A stretch of 64,000 bases of DNA from an uncultured Gammaproteobacteria bacterium (GCA_964627525.1 CAZVIA010000004.1:1565-65564); one strand, 5' to 3'. Counted from the first letter of the stretch, positions 30,259 to 40,947 are shown. The notes: generated from the letters alone by a model not told the origin. Made by a program: numbers and translations.

Positions 30259-32253
30259 ATGAACCCAACTACATTATTATTCACCTTGGCCACAACTGCA
30301 TCTGTTATCGCAATTGTGTACGGCCTTTTGCTAGCACGTTGGATAATGAAACAACCAGCAGGTAGTGAAAAAATGATTGCCATTGCACGAGCAATTCAAG
30401 AAGGCGCAAAAGCATATTTAACACGACAATATAAAACAATTGCTTTGATTGGAATAATTATTTTTGTGCTGTTGTGGATTTTCTTAGGAGGAAAAATTGC
30501 TGCAGGATTTTTAGTTGGAGCAATTTTGTCTGCCATAGCTGGAATAATTGGAATGATTGTGTCAGTCCGTGCAAATGTTAGAACTGCTGAAGCTTCAAAA
30601 AAAGGCTTAAAAGCCGGTTTAAATGTAGCTATCAAAGGTGGTTCTGTCACAGGACTTCTTGTCGTGGGCTTGGCTTTATTAGGAGTAACAGTTTTTTATT
30701 GGATAACAAAAGATTTAACTGCTTTGATTGGACTTGGTTTTGGTGGTTCATTAATTTCAGTTTTTGCTCGTTTAGGTGGAGGAATTTATACAAAAGCTGC
30801 TGATGTTGGGGCTGACTTAGTTGGAAAAGTTGAAAAAGGAATTCCAGAAGATGATCCTCGTAACCCAGCTGTAATTGCAGATAATGTTGGAGATAATGTT
30901 GGAGATTGTGCTGGTATGGCAGCTGATTTATTTGAAACTTATGCTGTGACTTGTGTTGCTGCAATGCTATTAGGTTCAATTGTTTTTAAGAGTGCTGGCG
31001 AAAATGCTGTAATGTTTCCTTTGTTGTTAGGTTCAATTTCAATTGTAACTTCAATTATTGGAACTTTCTTTTTCAAGTTAGGAAAAAAGAAAAACATAAT
31101 GACAGCATTATATAAAGGATTAGGAGTTGCTGGTATTTTGGCTTTAATTATTTTTTATCCTGCAACACGCTGGTATTTCCCAGAAAGCACAAACACTATT
31201 TTTGGAGCAGCTGCTATTGGTTTAGTTGTAACTGCTTTGATGGTTTGGATTACTGAATACTACACATCAACTGAATATAAGCCTGTTAAGTCAATTGCAA
31301 AATCTTCTGAAACAGGACACGGAACAAACATTATTACCGGATTAGCTGTTTCAATGAAATCAACTGCTTTGCCTGTGTTGGTAATTGCAGCTGGAATGTT
31401 AGGGTCTTTTGAGTTGGCTGGAATTTATGGAGTAGCGATCGCTGCAATGAGTATGCTTTCTATGGCTGGAGTAATTGTTGCAATTGATGCTTATGGTCCA
31501 ATCACAGACAATGCTGGTGGTATTGCTGAGATGGCAGATTTGGATGAAAAAGTTCGCGGAGTAACTGATCCTTTGGATGCAGTTGGTAACACAACAAAAG
31601 CAGTTACAAAAGGATATGCAATTGCTTCTGCTGGTTTAGCTGCACTGGTTTTGTTTGCAGCTTATACTGAAGAGTTTGTAATTCGTGGTAAAGAATTAGT
31701 GTTTGAGTTGGGAGATCCTTATGTAATTGTTGGTTTATTTATTGGTGGGTTGTTACCATTTTTATTTGGAGCTTATGCAATGGAAGCTGTTGGAAAAGTT
31801 GCTGGACAAGTTGTTTCAGAAGTTCGTAGACAGTTTCGTGAAATTGCCGGAATTATGGAAGGTCGTGCAAAACCAGATTATGGTCGCACAGTAGATATTG
31901 TTACCAAAGGCGCTATTAAAGAAATGTTTGTACCAGCATTGATTCCAGTTATTGTGCCAATTGTTGTTGGATTTACTTTGGGACCTGTGGCTTTAGGTGG
32001 TTTGTTAGTAGGTTCAATTGTTACAGGAATTTTTGTAGCAATTTCAATGACAACAGGTGGTGGGGCTTGGGATAATGCAAAGAAGTTTATTGAAGAAGGA
32101 AATTACGGTGGTAAAGGGTCTGTTGCTCATGCTGCTGCTGTTACTGGTGACACAGTTGGAGATCCATATAAAGATACTGCTGGTCCAGCGATCAATCCAA
32201 TGATTAAAATCTTGAATATTATTGCGTTGTTGTTGGTTGGGCTTCTTGTGTAA
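30259..32253 (+). CDS. hppA: Membrane H+-translocating pyrophosphatase, K+-independent type
   Basis: [36 protein letters not shown]. Confidence 0.95.
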   Translation: MNPTTLLFTLATTASVIAIVYGLLLARWIMKQPAGSEKMIAIARAIQEGAKAYLTRQYKTIALIGIIIFVLLWIFLGGKIAAGFLVGAILSAIAGIIGMIVSVRANVRTAEASKKGLKAGLNVAIKGGSVTGLLVVGLALLGVTVFYWITKDLTALIGLGFGGSLISVFARLGGGIYTKAADVGADLVGKVEKGIPEDDPRNPAVIADNVGDNVGDCAGMAADLFETYAVTCVAAMLLGSIVFKSAGENAVMFPLLLGSISIVTSIIGTFFFKLGKKKNIMTALYKGLGVAGILALIIFYPATRWYFPESTNTIFGAAAIGLVVTALMVWITEYYTSTEYKPVKSIAKSSETGHGTNIITGLAVSMKSTALPVLVIAAGMLGSFELAGIYGVAIAAMSMLSMAGVIVAIDAYGPITDNAGGIAEMADLDEKVRGVTDPLDAVGNTTKAVTKGYAIASAGLAALVLFAAYTEEFVIRGKELVFELGDPYVIVGLFIGGLLPFLFGAYAMEAVGKVAGQVVSEVRRQFREIAGIMEGRAKPDYGRTVDIVTKGAIKEMFVPALIPVIVPIVVGFTLGPVALGGLLVGSIVTGIFVAISMTTGGGAWDNAKKFIEEGNYGGKGSVAHAAAVTGDTVGDPYKDTAGPAINPMIKILNIIALLLVGLLV

Positions 32254-32280
32254 AATTATAAAAATTTAATTATAAATTTC

Positions 32281-32311
32281 AAAACCCACAGTTTGTTAAA
32301 CCGTGGGTTTT
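32281..32311. terminator. Bidirectional intrinsic terminator
   Basis: AAAACCCAC..GTGGGTTTT inverted repeat after hppA. Confidence 0.65.
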
Positions 32312-32390
32312 GTTATTGTCTCGGCATATAGCTCCGAGATGTAGCTGTTTGCTTATGAGTCAATCAATTTTTTTGAGGAAACCACACAAA

Positions 32391-32906
32391 TCAATCCAGA
32401 AGAGTGCTTGTGTCAAAATTCTTACCACGACCCTCTTTGAGTTCAATCCACGCATCAATGATAGCCAACACAATAGACATGTTTTTGGAGCCTGAAAACG
32501 AACTACCCATTGAAGTTTTGGAATAAATACTTGTTGTTCCATTTTTCTTCTTAGTAATAACAACAACATAAACTTCAACCTCTGTGTGATACTCACCATC
32601 ATGAGTTGATTTAGACCCTTTTATACGAAAATCAATAACAGAAACATTTTTTTGCCCCAAAATTGACTTGTACATATCAGCAAAAGTAGTCTTTTCTGGA
32701 AAATAAATACAACGACCTCTCTTTACACCCAAGTCCGAAGACAACAACCTAAAACCTTGGTGCATGACATTGGTGAACTCTTTGACAGAATAATCTTTAT
32801 GGGCTATCCGCACATAAACAGCAGGTTTTTTGTCAGCTTTGACCACACTACTTGAAGATGCACAATAACAAGTTTTGTGGTTTTTGTCAAGACCTTGTGT
32901 TGACAC
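32391..32906 (-). CDS. Hypothetical protein (start uncertain)
   Basis: 171 aa ORF filling the hppA-tig gap; no motif recognised. Confidence 0.5.
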   Translation of the reverse strand: MSTQGLDKNHKTCYCASSSSVVKADKKPAVYVRIAHKDYSVKEFTNVMHQGFRLLSSDLGVKRGRCIYFPEKTTFADMYKSILGQKNVSVIDFRIKGSKSTHDGEYHTEVEVYVVVITKKKNGTTSIYSKTSMGSSFSGSKNMSIVLAIIDAWIELKEGRGKNFDTSTLLD

Positions 32907-32955
32907 CCTAATTTAGATTTGCTACACTTTGCACGTAGTTTTTAATTTTATAAAC

Positions 32956-34236
32956 ATGAAAATTGAAGTAAAAAATCTTCCAAAATCAAAAGTTGAATTA
33001 GTCATAACTATTACAGTTGAGGAAATCAAACCCTATCTTGAAAAAGCCGCCAAGCACTTGTCTGATAACAAAGACATTAAGGGTTTTCGTCGTGGACATG
33101 CACCTTATGATAAGGTAATTCAGGAATTTGGTGAGATGGCATTGTATGAAGCTTCTTTGGAGCGAATTGTTCAGTCAACTTATTTTTCTGCTGTTAAGGA
33201 AAAGGAGTTGGATGTGATTGGAATGCCAGAAATTAATGTTACAAAAATGGCACCTGGAAATGATATTGAATATAAAGCTGTTGCTGCACTTTTGCCAAAA
33301 GTTGATTTGCCTAGTTTTGAAAAAATTAAAGTTGAGAAAAAAGAAAAAGAAGTTGAAGAAAAAGAAGTTGAAGATACTTTGGAAAATTTACGCAAGATGC
33401 AAGGAACTGAAGAAGTGAAGTCAGGTCCATCTACAAAAGAAGACAAAGTTGTGATTGACATGGATTTGTTGATTGACAATGTTTTGGTTGAAGGCGGACA
33501 AACAAAAGATCATGGAGTGTATTTAAATGAAAATTATTATGTTCCTGGCTTGCCAGAGCAATTGATTGGTGTGAAAAAAGATGAGGAAAAAGAATTTGAT
33601 TTAGAATTTCCTAAGGAGCATTATCAAAAACATTTGGCTGGAAAAAAAGTTCATTTTAAAGTGAAAGTGAAAGATGTTTTTGAAAGAAAATTTCCTGAAC
33701 TTAATGATGAGTTTGCAAAAAAATTAGGACAAGAAAACGTTGCGAAGTTGCGAGAAGTTTTAAAACAAAATTTGCAAGCTGAAGCTGATCGCAAAGAAAA
33801 CGAGCGTCAGGAAATTGAAATGCTGGAGGCAATTATTACTAAAGCAAAGTTTGAGGATATTCCAGATGTTTTGATTGATGCTGAAAAGCGTAGAATTTTT
33901 GCAGAATTAAAATCGCGCATTAGTGGAAGTGGTTTAACAATGGAACAATATTTAGAAGGTGTTAAAAAGACAGAGGCGCAGTTGATTGAAGAATATGCAG
34001 ACCAAGCAGATAAGCGAGTGAAAACAACTTTGGTTTTGCGTGCACTATCTGCAAAAGAAAATATTGAGGTTAGTGATGCAGAAGTTGAAAAAGAAGTTGA
34101 GGAAATGAAAAAGGTTTATGCAAAGCAACCTGAAGTTTTGAAAAACCTTGAGACACAAGACACGCGTGAATCTTTGAAAGTGATTTTGAGAAATCGCAAG
34201 GCAGTAATGTGGTTAAAGGAAAGGATTGTTAAATAA
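32956..34236 (+). CDS. tig: Trigger factor
   Basis: GFRRGHAP ribosome-binding motif, FKBP-like domain. Confidence 0.95.
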   Translation: MKIEVKNLPKSKVELVITITVEEIKPYLEKAAKHLSDNKDIKGFRRGHAPYDKVIQEFGEMALYEASLERIVQSTYFSAVKEKELDVIGMPEINVTKMAPGNDIEYKAVAALLPKVDLPSFEKIKVEKKEKEVEEKEVEDTLENLRKMQGTEEVKSGPSTKEDKVVIDMDLLIDNVLVEGGQTKDHGVYLNENYYVPGLPEQLIGVKKDEEKEFDLEFPKEHYQKHLAGKKVHFKVKVKDVFERKFPELNDEFAKKLGQENVAKLREVLKQNLQAEADRKENERQEIEMLEAIITKAKFEDIPDVLIDAEKRRIFAELKSRISGSGLTMEQYLEGVKKTEAQLIEEYADQADKRVKTTLVLRALSAKENIEVSDAEVEKEVEEMKKVYAKQPEVLKNLETQDTRESLKVILRNRKAVMWLKERIVK

Positions 34237-34298
34237 AGTAATTATTTATATAACACGTTGTTTTTTATACGCATGTTATATAAATAATTAAGTATTTT

Positions 34299-34332
34299 AA
34301 AACCCCGAGTGAAAGTTATTCACTGGGGTTTT
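34299..34332. terminator. Intrinsic terminator after tig
   Basis: AAAACCCC(G)AGTGAA..TTCACTGGGGTTTT. Confidence 0.65.
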
Positions 34333-34368
34333 TAAGTAGTGTTGAATGGATTTATTGAAGATAGTTTT

Positions 34369-34512
34369 TTATTTTTGTTTATAAGTTTTATCTGTTCTTC
34401 TTTTTATGTCTAACAAAACCAACACTCCTTTTATAATTTTTTCAATAATCTGCATTGCCACAGTGCGTTCTTTTTCATTTAATTTTTTTAAAAACTTTTT
34501 TATTTTATCCAT
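34369..34512 (-). pseudogene. RelE-like toxin remnant, 47 aa (not in ORF track)
   Basis: MDKIKKFLKKLNEKER...LDIK|RRTDKTY: RelE-like ends without the central RxRxGxxRxxF core; 6 nt after antitoxin stop. Confidence 0.65.
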
Positions 34513-34518
34513 ACAAGC

Positions 34519-34749
34519 TTAGGCAAGTTCTTTCAAAGCCTTAAGTACATCTTTTGCAGGTACTCCTTCTGGATTAATTTCAGTAAAATCAACAACAGTT
34601 TCCCAAGTTGTTTTTTCATCAACCGGAACAATTTTAAAAATTGGACGAGATCTTTTTAATACCAAAAAACTTTCTCCTTTTTTCTCTATTTTGTCTGCGT
34701 ATTTTGTGAGTTTAAAACGCAATTCTTTTAAAGAAATTATATTTTCCAT
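34519..34749 (-). CDS. Phd/YefM-family antitoxin
   Basis: ISLKELR..GESFLVLKRSRPIFKIVP pattern. Confidence 0.82.
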   Translation of the reverse strand: MENIISLKELRFKLTKYADKIEKKGESFLVLKRSRPIFKIVPVDEKTTWETVVDFTEINPEGVPAKDVLKALKELA

Positions 34750-34770
34750 AAATTTATATTTAGCTTTTTG

Positions 34771-34794
34771 AAGTTATAACTTAAGTTTAAACTT
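34771..34794. promoter_or_regulatory. Tandem 12-bp palindromic operator
   Basis: AAGTTATAACTT followed by AAGTTTAAACTT upstream of the antitoxin. Confidence 0.6.
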
Positions 34795-34882
34795 TACTCA
34801 TGCAAATATCAAATTTATATTCAAAAAAGCCGCTAGTTAAAACGACTCTTTTGTTTGTTTATATAAATCCACACAATCTTCT

Positions 34883-36472
34883 TTATGATAGCAATGACCC
34901 ATACAACTCCTCCAAATCATACACATACACTGGCTCATTCAAACCATCATACACCAACTGACCACCACGATAATGTGCTTTTACAAAAGTCTTCATTGGT
35001 GGTAATGATTCCCAACCCAATTTTTTCTTTGCAAGATGACGCGCTTCTGCACCTGGATTTTGACCTGGCAACAATCTTCTAAAGTGAGGTCTTACAGGAT
35101 GTGATACATCTTCACCATTTGACTGACCACCACTCTTTGCCCTACTCTTACGCCTTGGTTCATCTCCAGTAACTGTAATGCGATACATTATATCAAGCAA
35201 AACATACTCAATCACATGCCAAATCTCTTCCCAATTAGATGACACATTTTTAATGTAATCAGTACTTTTATCAACTGTAAAACTTTCCACATCAAATACA
35301 CAACCATTCACACTAACCACATGAGGTGTTTGAGTTTTTACAATCAAACTAATTCCAACTTGTGGAAATTCACAAACTTGTTCTGGATAAAAAATCACTG
35401 AACGCATCCCTCTGAATTTCAATGCTGGCAAAGAAAATTCAACATGATCAGCTCCGGCAAAACGAAACCATCTATTTACTCCTAATCTAATTTGCTCTTG
35501 CATCATTATTTTTCTTTGTGCAATTAGGTCTGCATTTTCCTCAAACCAATCCAAATCTCTTTGTACTCTATTTCTTTTCACCAGAACCATATCATTTCTC
35601 TGACTAATCCAAGTAGTAAATTGAGGTTTGTGCTCTTCTCTTACAACAACACGACCTTTGTATTTTCCATATGCAGGTTTTTTAGCTTTAAGTGCACCAC
35701 TAAAAAAACTTTGTGCATGCTCTATAGCAGTCAATGTTCTGACAAAAATAACAGGAGCTTCACCTGCCTTAGCAATACCACTATCACTATAATTAGTGCC
35801 ATATACATCACAAATCAAACCAACCATTTCACCAACAACAGGATCTTTATCCACTACTTCTATCAAATTATCAAACCACCTTCTTGTATTTCTCATACGA
35901 GAATTTGGATTTGCCTCAAGAGAATTTGCAATTATTCCATAATAAATTGCCTCACACCTAACCAAGCTTTCATCTACATCGTTTCTTTTTGCAACTTGTT
36001 GCAAAATATCTGCATAATGATCAAACAATAGTAGTGCAAACTTAATTGACATTTCCAAGCTTAAACCAGCAACATGAAAAATAAAGTTACTAAGACTTGA
36101 AGTTGCAAAAGAAAAATAAGGTACATTGGTTTTTTCACTAACTATATCTTCTTCATCACCCTTGAATGCACACAAACCCTGGTGAGATATCCACAAAAAC
36201 ATATAAATATGTCGTCCCAAAATAATATCTATTGCTATTATTTTGAAAAGTATTTTCAATGTTTCTTGAAATTCTGTGGTAGGAGTTTCATGATCAAAAA
36301 CACGTGCCAACACTTCTTTGAATCTTACAATCTGTGTTTGAGCATCATTTGTTTTAAAAACATGTGCACTTAGCCTTCTTGCATACTTTGGATCTTTTCT
36401 TACTATGAAGTTCTGAGACAAAAGACCAACATCTTTACCACCACCTTTTTTGGGCTTGATTTTTCTAGCCAT
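34883..36472 (-). CDS. Hypothetical protein, 529 aa
   Basis: AAGGAGG SD, own promoter, C-terminal VRPHFRRL..TFVKAHYRG basic motif. Confidence 0.75.
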   Translation of the reverse strand: MARKIKPKKGGGKDVGLLSQNFIVRKDPKYARRLSAHVFKTNDAQTQIVRFKEVLARVFDHETPTTEFQETLKILFKIIAIDIILGRHIYMFLWISHQGLCAFKGDEEDIVSEKTNVPYFSFATSSLSNFIFHVAGLSLEMSIKFALLLFDHYADILQQVAKRNDVDESLVRCEAIYYGIIANSLEANPNSRMRNTRRWFDNLIEVVDKDPVVGEMVGLICDVYGTNYSDSGIAKAGEAPVIFVRTLTAIEHAQSFFSGALKAKKPAYGKYKGRVVVREEHKPQFTTWISQRNDMVLVKRNRVQRDLDWFEENADLIAQRKIMMQEQIRLGVNRWFRFAGADHVEFSLPALKFRGMRSVIFYPEQVCEFPQVGISLIVKTQTPHVVSVNGCVFDVESFTVDKSTDYIKNVSSNWEEIWHVIEYVLLDIMYRITVTGDEPRRKSRAKSGGQSNGEDVSHPVRPHFRRLLPGQNPGAEARHLAKKKLGWESLPPMKTFVKAHYRGGQLVYDGLNEPVYVYDLEELYGSLLS

Positions 36473-36590
36473 TGTCAGACCTCCTTGATTGTTTGCTACG
36501 CGGCTATTTGTTCAGGTGTTTAATTGTAATGTTCAGAACTCAATAGATTAGCATAGTTCCCAAAAAAGTCAAGACTGGTATAATACAAAC

Positions 36591-37448
36591 ATGTTAGTCG
36601 GATGTCATGTCTCAATTGCAGAAAATATTTTAAAAGCACCTAAACGCGCACATGATTTAGGTTGTGAGGTTTTTCAAATTTTCTCTCGCCCACCTCAAGG
36701 TGGTAAAGCAAAAGAAATTACCCCTGAAATTGCTCGTGAATTTAAAACTCAATGTAAAAAATATTCACAAAAAGAATGGATAATTCATACTCCTTATTAC
36801 ATTAATTTTGCTTCTGAAAATAATCGTGTTAAACATGGTTCAATAAATGTAGTTCGCGAAGAACTAGAGCGCGGATCTTTGTTAGGTGCAAAATATGTAA
36901 TGGCGCACTTAGGTTCTTTTAAAAACTTGGGGCGCGAAAAAGGCATGAAGCAATTAGTTGAAGGTTTGGGGAAAATGCTAAAAGGTTATAAAGGCAAAAC
37001 ACAGTTTTTAATTGAAATTGCCGCAGGTGCTGGAGAAATTATTGGAGATAGTTTTGAAGAAATTGCTGAAATTATAAATCACCCAACTTTAAAAAAATAT
37101 AAAATCGGCGTTTGTTTTGACACACAACATGCTTTTGCATCTGGTTATGATTTGCGCGATAAAAAATCTATAGAAAAAACTTTAAAAAATTTTGATAAAA
37201 TTTTAGGACTAAAAAAATTAAAAGCTATTCATTGTAATGATTCAAAAGTTGAACTTGGATCGCACAAAGATAGACATGAACACATTGGCGATGGTTTTAT
37301 TGGAGCAAAAGGTTTTCAAGCTCTTGTAAATTTTTTGAACTCTCCAAAAAACAAATCCCTAACCAAAATAAATTTTTATTTAGAAACTCAACACGATAAA
37401 GTTGAGCAAGACATAAAATTGCTTAAAAAATTTCGTGATAAAAAATAA
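36591..37448 (+). CDS. nfo: Endonuclease IV
   Basis: GCHVS, HTPYYIN, CFDTQHAFASG, HCNDSK, DRHEHIG. Confidence 0.95.
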   Translation: MLVGCHVSIAENILKAPKRAHDLGCEVFQIFSRPPQGGKAKEITPEIAREFKTQCKKYSQKEWIIHTPYYINFASENNRVKHGSINVVREELERGSLLGAKYVMAHLGSFKNLGREKGMKQLVEGLGKMLKGYKGKTQFLIEIAAGAGEIIGDSFEEIAEIINHPTLKKYKIGVCFDTQHAFASGYDLRDKKSIEKTLKNFDKILGLKKLKAIHCNDSKVELGSHKDRHEHIGDGFIGAKGFQALVNFLNSPKNKSLTKINFYLETQHDKVEQDIKLLKKFRDKK

Positions 37449-37464
37449 TCCTAAAAAATAAATT

Positions 37465-38256
37465 ATGCCAAGCAAACATGTGATTGCAGCCAGTCGTATT
37501 GCGCGTCAGGCCAGTGTACTTTTAAGAAAAAAATTTAAGCGAACTGGTATAAAAGTTCATCATTTAAAAGCCCACAATGAAATTGTTACTGCGGTTGACT
37601 TAGCTTCTAACAAATTAATCACTCGCGAACTCTTAAAAGCTTTTCCAACTTATGACATTGTTAGTGAAGAAGCAAAAAAAATAGACAACCCAAGTGAATT
37701 TGCTTGGTACATTGACCCTTTGGATGGCACAACAAATTATCGTTATGGAATTAGCCACTACGCAATTTGTATTGGTTTGTATGATGGTGCGCGTTCTGAA
37801 ATTGAAGCTGGTGTAATTGCAATCCCAGAACAAAATGAAATTTATGCTGTTGAAAAAGGTTGGGGCGCTCGCTTAAATAATAAAAAAATCCATGTTTCAA
37901 ATTACGACAAAATTAAAGGTGCAATGTTCATGGGTTGTGCTGGCTATTCAAACGAAGGTCGCAATTATTTTCAGAAAATTTTTATTGGGCTGTTTGAAAA
38001 AGGAATTAGAACTCGCGTGATCTCAAGTGCTGGTGCAGAACTTACAGCGGTTGCATCTGGCCAAGCTGATTTAACAATTTTAACAGACACAAAAGCTTGG
38101 GATGTTTTGCCGGGAGTTTTATTGATAAGAGAAGCTGGTGGAAAAGTTACTAATTTATTTGGAAAAAAATGGACTTTAGGTGATTCAACTGTTGTTGCCG
38201 CAAATCCTGTTTTGCACAAAAAAATAATGAGGGTTTTAGAAAAAATTATTTCCTAA
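37465..38256 (+). CDS. suhB: Inositol monophosphatase family protein
   Basis: SEE, WYIDPLDGTTNY, WDV motifs. Confidence 0.9.
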   Translation: MPSKHVIAASRIARQASVLLRKKFKRTGIKVHHLKAHNEIVTAVDLASNKLITRELLKAFPTYDIVSEEAKKIDNPSEFAWYIDPLDGTTNYRYGISHYAICIGLYDGARSEIEAGVIAIPEQNEIYAVEKGWGARLNNKKIHVSNYDKIKGAMFMGCAGYSNEGRNYFQKIFIGLFEKGIRTRVISSAGAELTAVASGQADLTILTDTKAWDVLPGVLLIREAGGKVTNLFGKKWTLGDSTVVAANPVLHKKIMRVLEKIIS

Positions 38257-38977
38257 CTAAAAAAACCTCATAAAGATTTTCACCTGGCACAACAATTTTT
38301 TGTATTGTAGAAAAACCAACACCTCTTAACAAAACCTTTAGCTCCTCATGCTCCAAAATAAAACTATAATAATTAAAAGTATGCAACTCACCTTCTAACT
38401 CACGACGTGACCGAACAATACGCTGACGATTTTTCCAATCATGCTCAACAATCCAATTTATTTTTGGATCACTACTTGGAATCTCCATTTCAAAAACCGG
38501 ACCACGATCATATTCATTTTGCGAAGTAATATCAACAAACATAATCCCACCAGGATTTAAAACTTCATACATACTTTGCAAACAAACAATCATTTTATTC
38601 AACTGATTTTCAATTGTAACTTTTTGATGCCAAGTTCCTAAATATGCAATTGTATTTCCCTGACAAACAATCGCATCAAATTTTTTTCCTGTTTTATGCA
38701 AAGATCCCCAACTCAACAAATGATAATTCAAATCCACACCAGACTTGTACAAATTTTCTTCTAATTTATTTATTGCCTCATGAGACTCATCAACACAATC
38801 AACACCAAAACCAGCGCGCGCTAAATCAATTGCTGGAAACCCAACGCCACGACCGCAATCTAAAACAGTTTTAACTTGATTTTCTTTAAGCAACTCAATA
38901 AGACTATTTGTATATTCTTCAGTATACAAATGTTTTAAAGTTTGATCCCAAAGTTTAAATACATTATCTTTTGGCAT
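38246..38977 (-). CDS. Class I SAM-dependent methyltransferase
   Basis: VLDCGRGVG motif I, FDAIVC, VLNPGG. Confidence 0.82.
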   Translation of the reverse strand: MPKDNVFKLWDQTLKHLYTEEYTNSLIELLKENQVKTVLDCGRGVGFPAIDLARAGFGVDCVDESHEAINKLEENLYKSGVDLNYHLLSWGSLHKTGKKFDAIVCQGNTIAYLGTWHQKVTIENQLNKMIVCLQSMYEVLNPGGIMFVDITSQNEYDRGPVFEMEIPSSDPKINWIVEHDWKNRQRIVRSRRELEGELHTFNYYSFILEHEELKVLLRGVGFSTIQKIVVPGENLYEVFLVRK

Positions 38978-39014
38978 ATGTTTTTGAATTTGCCTCCCAA
39001 AAAATTATACCCTA

Positions 39015-40151
39015 CTACCTAATAGACTTATACCCCTTTAAAATACCTTTTTTAGAATAAACCACTTGCCACAACTGATTTTTGCGAGCACGAAATGATC
39101 CAGCGCATGCTAACAAATAATATGTCCACATTCTGAAAAACCTATCACTATAATTTTCTTTTATTTCATCCCAACCTCCCACAAAATTTTCATACCAAGT
39201 CATTAAAGTTTTATCATAATTCACACCAAATCCATGCCAATCTTCCATTACAAACAAACCTTCTGCAGCTTCACAAACTTGTTTCATAGAAGGCAACATT
39301 GAGTTTGGAAAAATATATTTTCCAATCCAAGGGTCTGTATATTTTACAGATTTATTTCCACCAATAGTGTGTAACAAAAACAAACCACCATCTTTTAAAA
39401 CTTTTTCCACAACTTCCATGTAAGTTTTATAATTTTGCTCACCAACATGCTCAAACATTCCCAAAGAAACCACATGATCAAATTTTTCATTTACATCACG
39501 ATAATCTTGCAAACGAATTTCAACTGGCAAACCTTTACATCTTTTTTTACCTAATTCAGCTTGCTCTTTTGAAATTGTTATACCAACAACATGCGCACCA
39601 TATTTTTCTGCGGCAAATTTTGCAAAGCTTCCCCAACCACACCCAATGTCCAAAACTTTTTGTCCGGGTTGCAAATTAATTTTTTTACAAACCAAATCTA
39701 ACTTTGCTTCTTGTGCCTGATCAAGATTTTTTACACTTGTATCACCAACACCATCCCAATAACCACAAGTGTACACCATTCTTTTGTCCAACATTTTTTC
39801 ATACAAATCATTTCCAATGTCATAATGCACTTCACCAACCTCACTGGATTTTGATTTTGTCTGTGGATTAAAAAATTTTGCTCCTATATATAAAAGCGCG
39901 ACTTGAAATTTATTTTTGACTTTTTTATCTAATTCAGCTTTTAAAATCTTATTAAAAAACTCATCCACTTGTTCACAATCCCACCAACCATCCATATAAG
40001 ATTCACCCAAAGCCAAAGATCCACCACTTAAAACACGCTTATACAAATCTTCATTATGTACTTTTATATCCCAAGGTTGATTACCATTGATTTTTATACC
40101 AGCTAAGTCCAAAACACCTTGAACTGCTTTTTTATATTTATTTTGTTCCAT
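39015..40151 (-). CDS. cfa: Cyclopropane fatty acyl phospholipid synthase
   Basis: LGESYMDGWW, HYDIGNDLY, VLDIGCGWG, GMFEHVG, YIFP. Confidence 0.95.
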   Translation of the reverse strand: MEQNKYKKAVQGVLDLAGIKINGNQPWDIKVHNEDLYKRVLSGGSLALGESYMDGWWDCEQVDEFFNKILKAELDKKVKNKFQVALLYIGAKFFNPQTKSKSSEVGEVHYDIGNDLYEKMLDKRMVYTCGYWDGVGDTSVKNLDQAQEAKLDLVCKKINLQPGQKVLDIGCGWGSFAKFAAEKYGAHVVGITISKEQAELGKKRCKGLPVEIRLQDYRDVNEKFDHVVSLGMFEHVGEQNYKTYMEVVEKVLKDGGLFLLHTIGGNKSVKYTDPWIGKYIFPNSMLPSMKQVCEAAEGLFVMEDWHGFGVNYDKTLMTWYENFVGGWDEIKENYSDRFFRMWTYYLLACAGSFRARKNQLWQVVYSKKGILKGYKSIR

Positions 40152-40205
40152 AAACTTTATTATTTAATATTTTTAGCACTTTTAGCGCCAAAACACCAAA
40201 CCTAC

Positions 40206-40466
40206 TTAAACCTTATCAATTCCTCCCTTATTCCATGGATTACATCGCAAAATTCGCCACACAATCAAGACCACACCTTTTAAAACCCCATGTTTTTTTA
40301 CTGCTTGCTTACCATATTCAGAACATGTTGGATAAAACTTACAATAACCATGTGGAAATGCTTTTTTGTAAAAACCATGATCTGGGGATAAAGTTTTTTG
40401 GTAAATCTTAATAAAAAACACCAAAATATTGCGCGGTAACTCAATTATTTTATTAATTATCCACAT
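40206..40466 (-). CDS. yidD: Membrane protein insertion efficiency factor YidD
   Basis: CKFYPTCSEY, RILRCNPW. Confidence 0.93.
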   Translation of the reverse strand: MWIINKIIELPRNILVFFIKIYQKTLSPDHGFYKKAFPHGYCKFYPTCSEYGKQAVKKHGVLKGVVLIVWRILRCNPWNKGGIDKV

Positions 40467-40488
40467 ACTTATGCACAACTGTGTATAA
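40457..40488. promoter_or_regulatory. Three DnaA boxes at the yidD start
   Basis: TTATCCACA 40457, TTATGCACA 40469, TGTGTATAA 40480. Confidence 0.7.
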
Positions 40489-40496
40489 CTTGTTAA

Positions 40497-40835
40497 TTAG
40501 CTAAAATTAGCAAACAAATCACTTAAATCTTGTTTTATCCCATTATAATCCACATCCAAAATCTGCTTTTGCACAAAAATTACATAATCATTTGATGTTT
40601 TTAATACACCATCCTTAACAAATTCACGCAAAACTTCCCTAATTTGACGTTTTTTTCTATTACGCTGAACAGCACTTTTATGCACTTTTTTACTAATTAC
40701 AATAGCAAACCTAGGTTCTTCAATCTCATTTTTCATGTATTTTAAGCCAAAAAACTTGCCTGACCTAGATTTACCAAGTTTCATGACTTGCTCAATTTCT
40801 TTAGTTTTTCGCAGTCTATTCTTAAATTTAAACAT
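40497..40835 (-). CDS. rnpA: Ribonuclease P protein
   Basis: RFAIVISKKV..AVQRNRKKR RNR motif. Confidence 0.93.
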   Translation of the reverse strand: MFKFKNRLRKTKEIEQVMKLGKSRSGKFFGLKYMKNEIEEPRFAIVISKKVHKSAVQRNRKKRQIREVLREFVKDGVLKTSNDYVIFVQKQILDVDYNGIKQDLSDLFANFS

Positions 40836-40947
40836 ATTTTACTATTATTTAAACTCTCACCCTTATTCACTTATTATAAGTATAACAAAACCCGGACAAA
40901 ACCGGGAACTGATAATCGTTATTTTAACAACTTAAAAACCCAACAAC

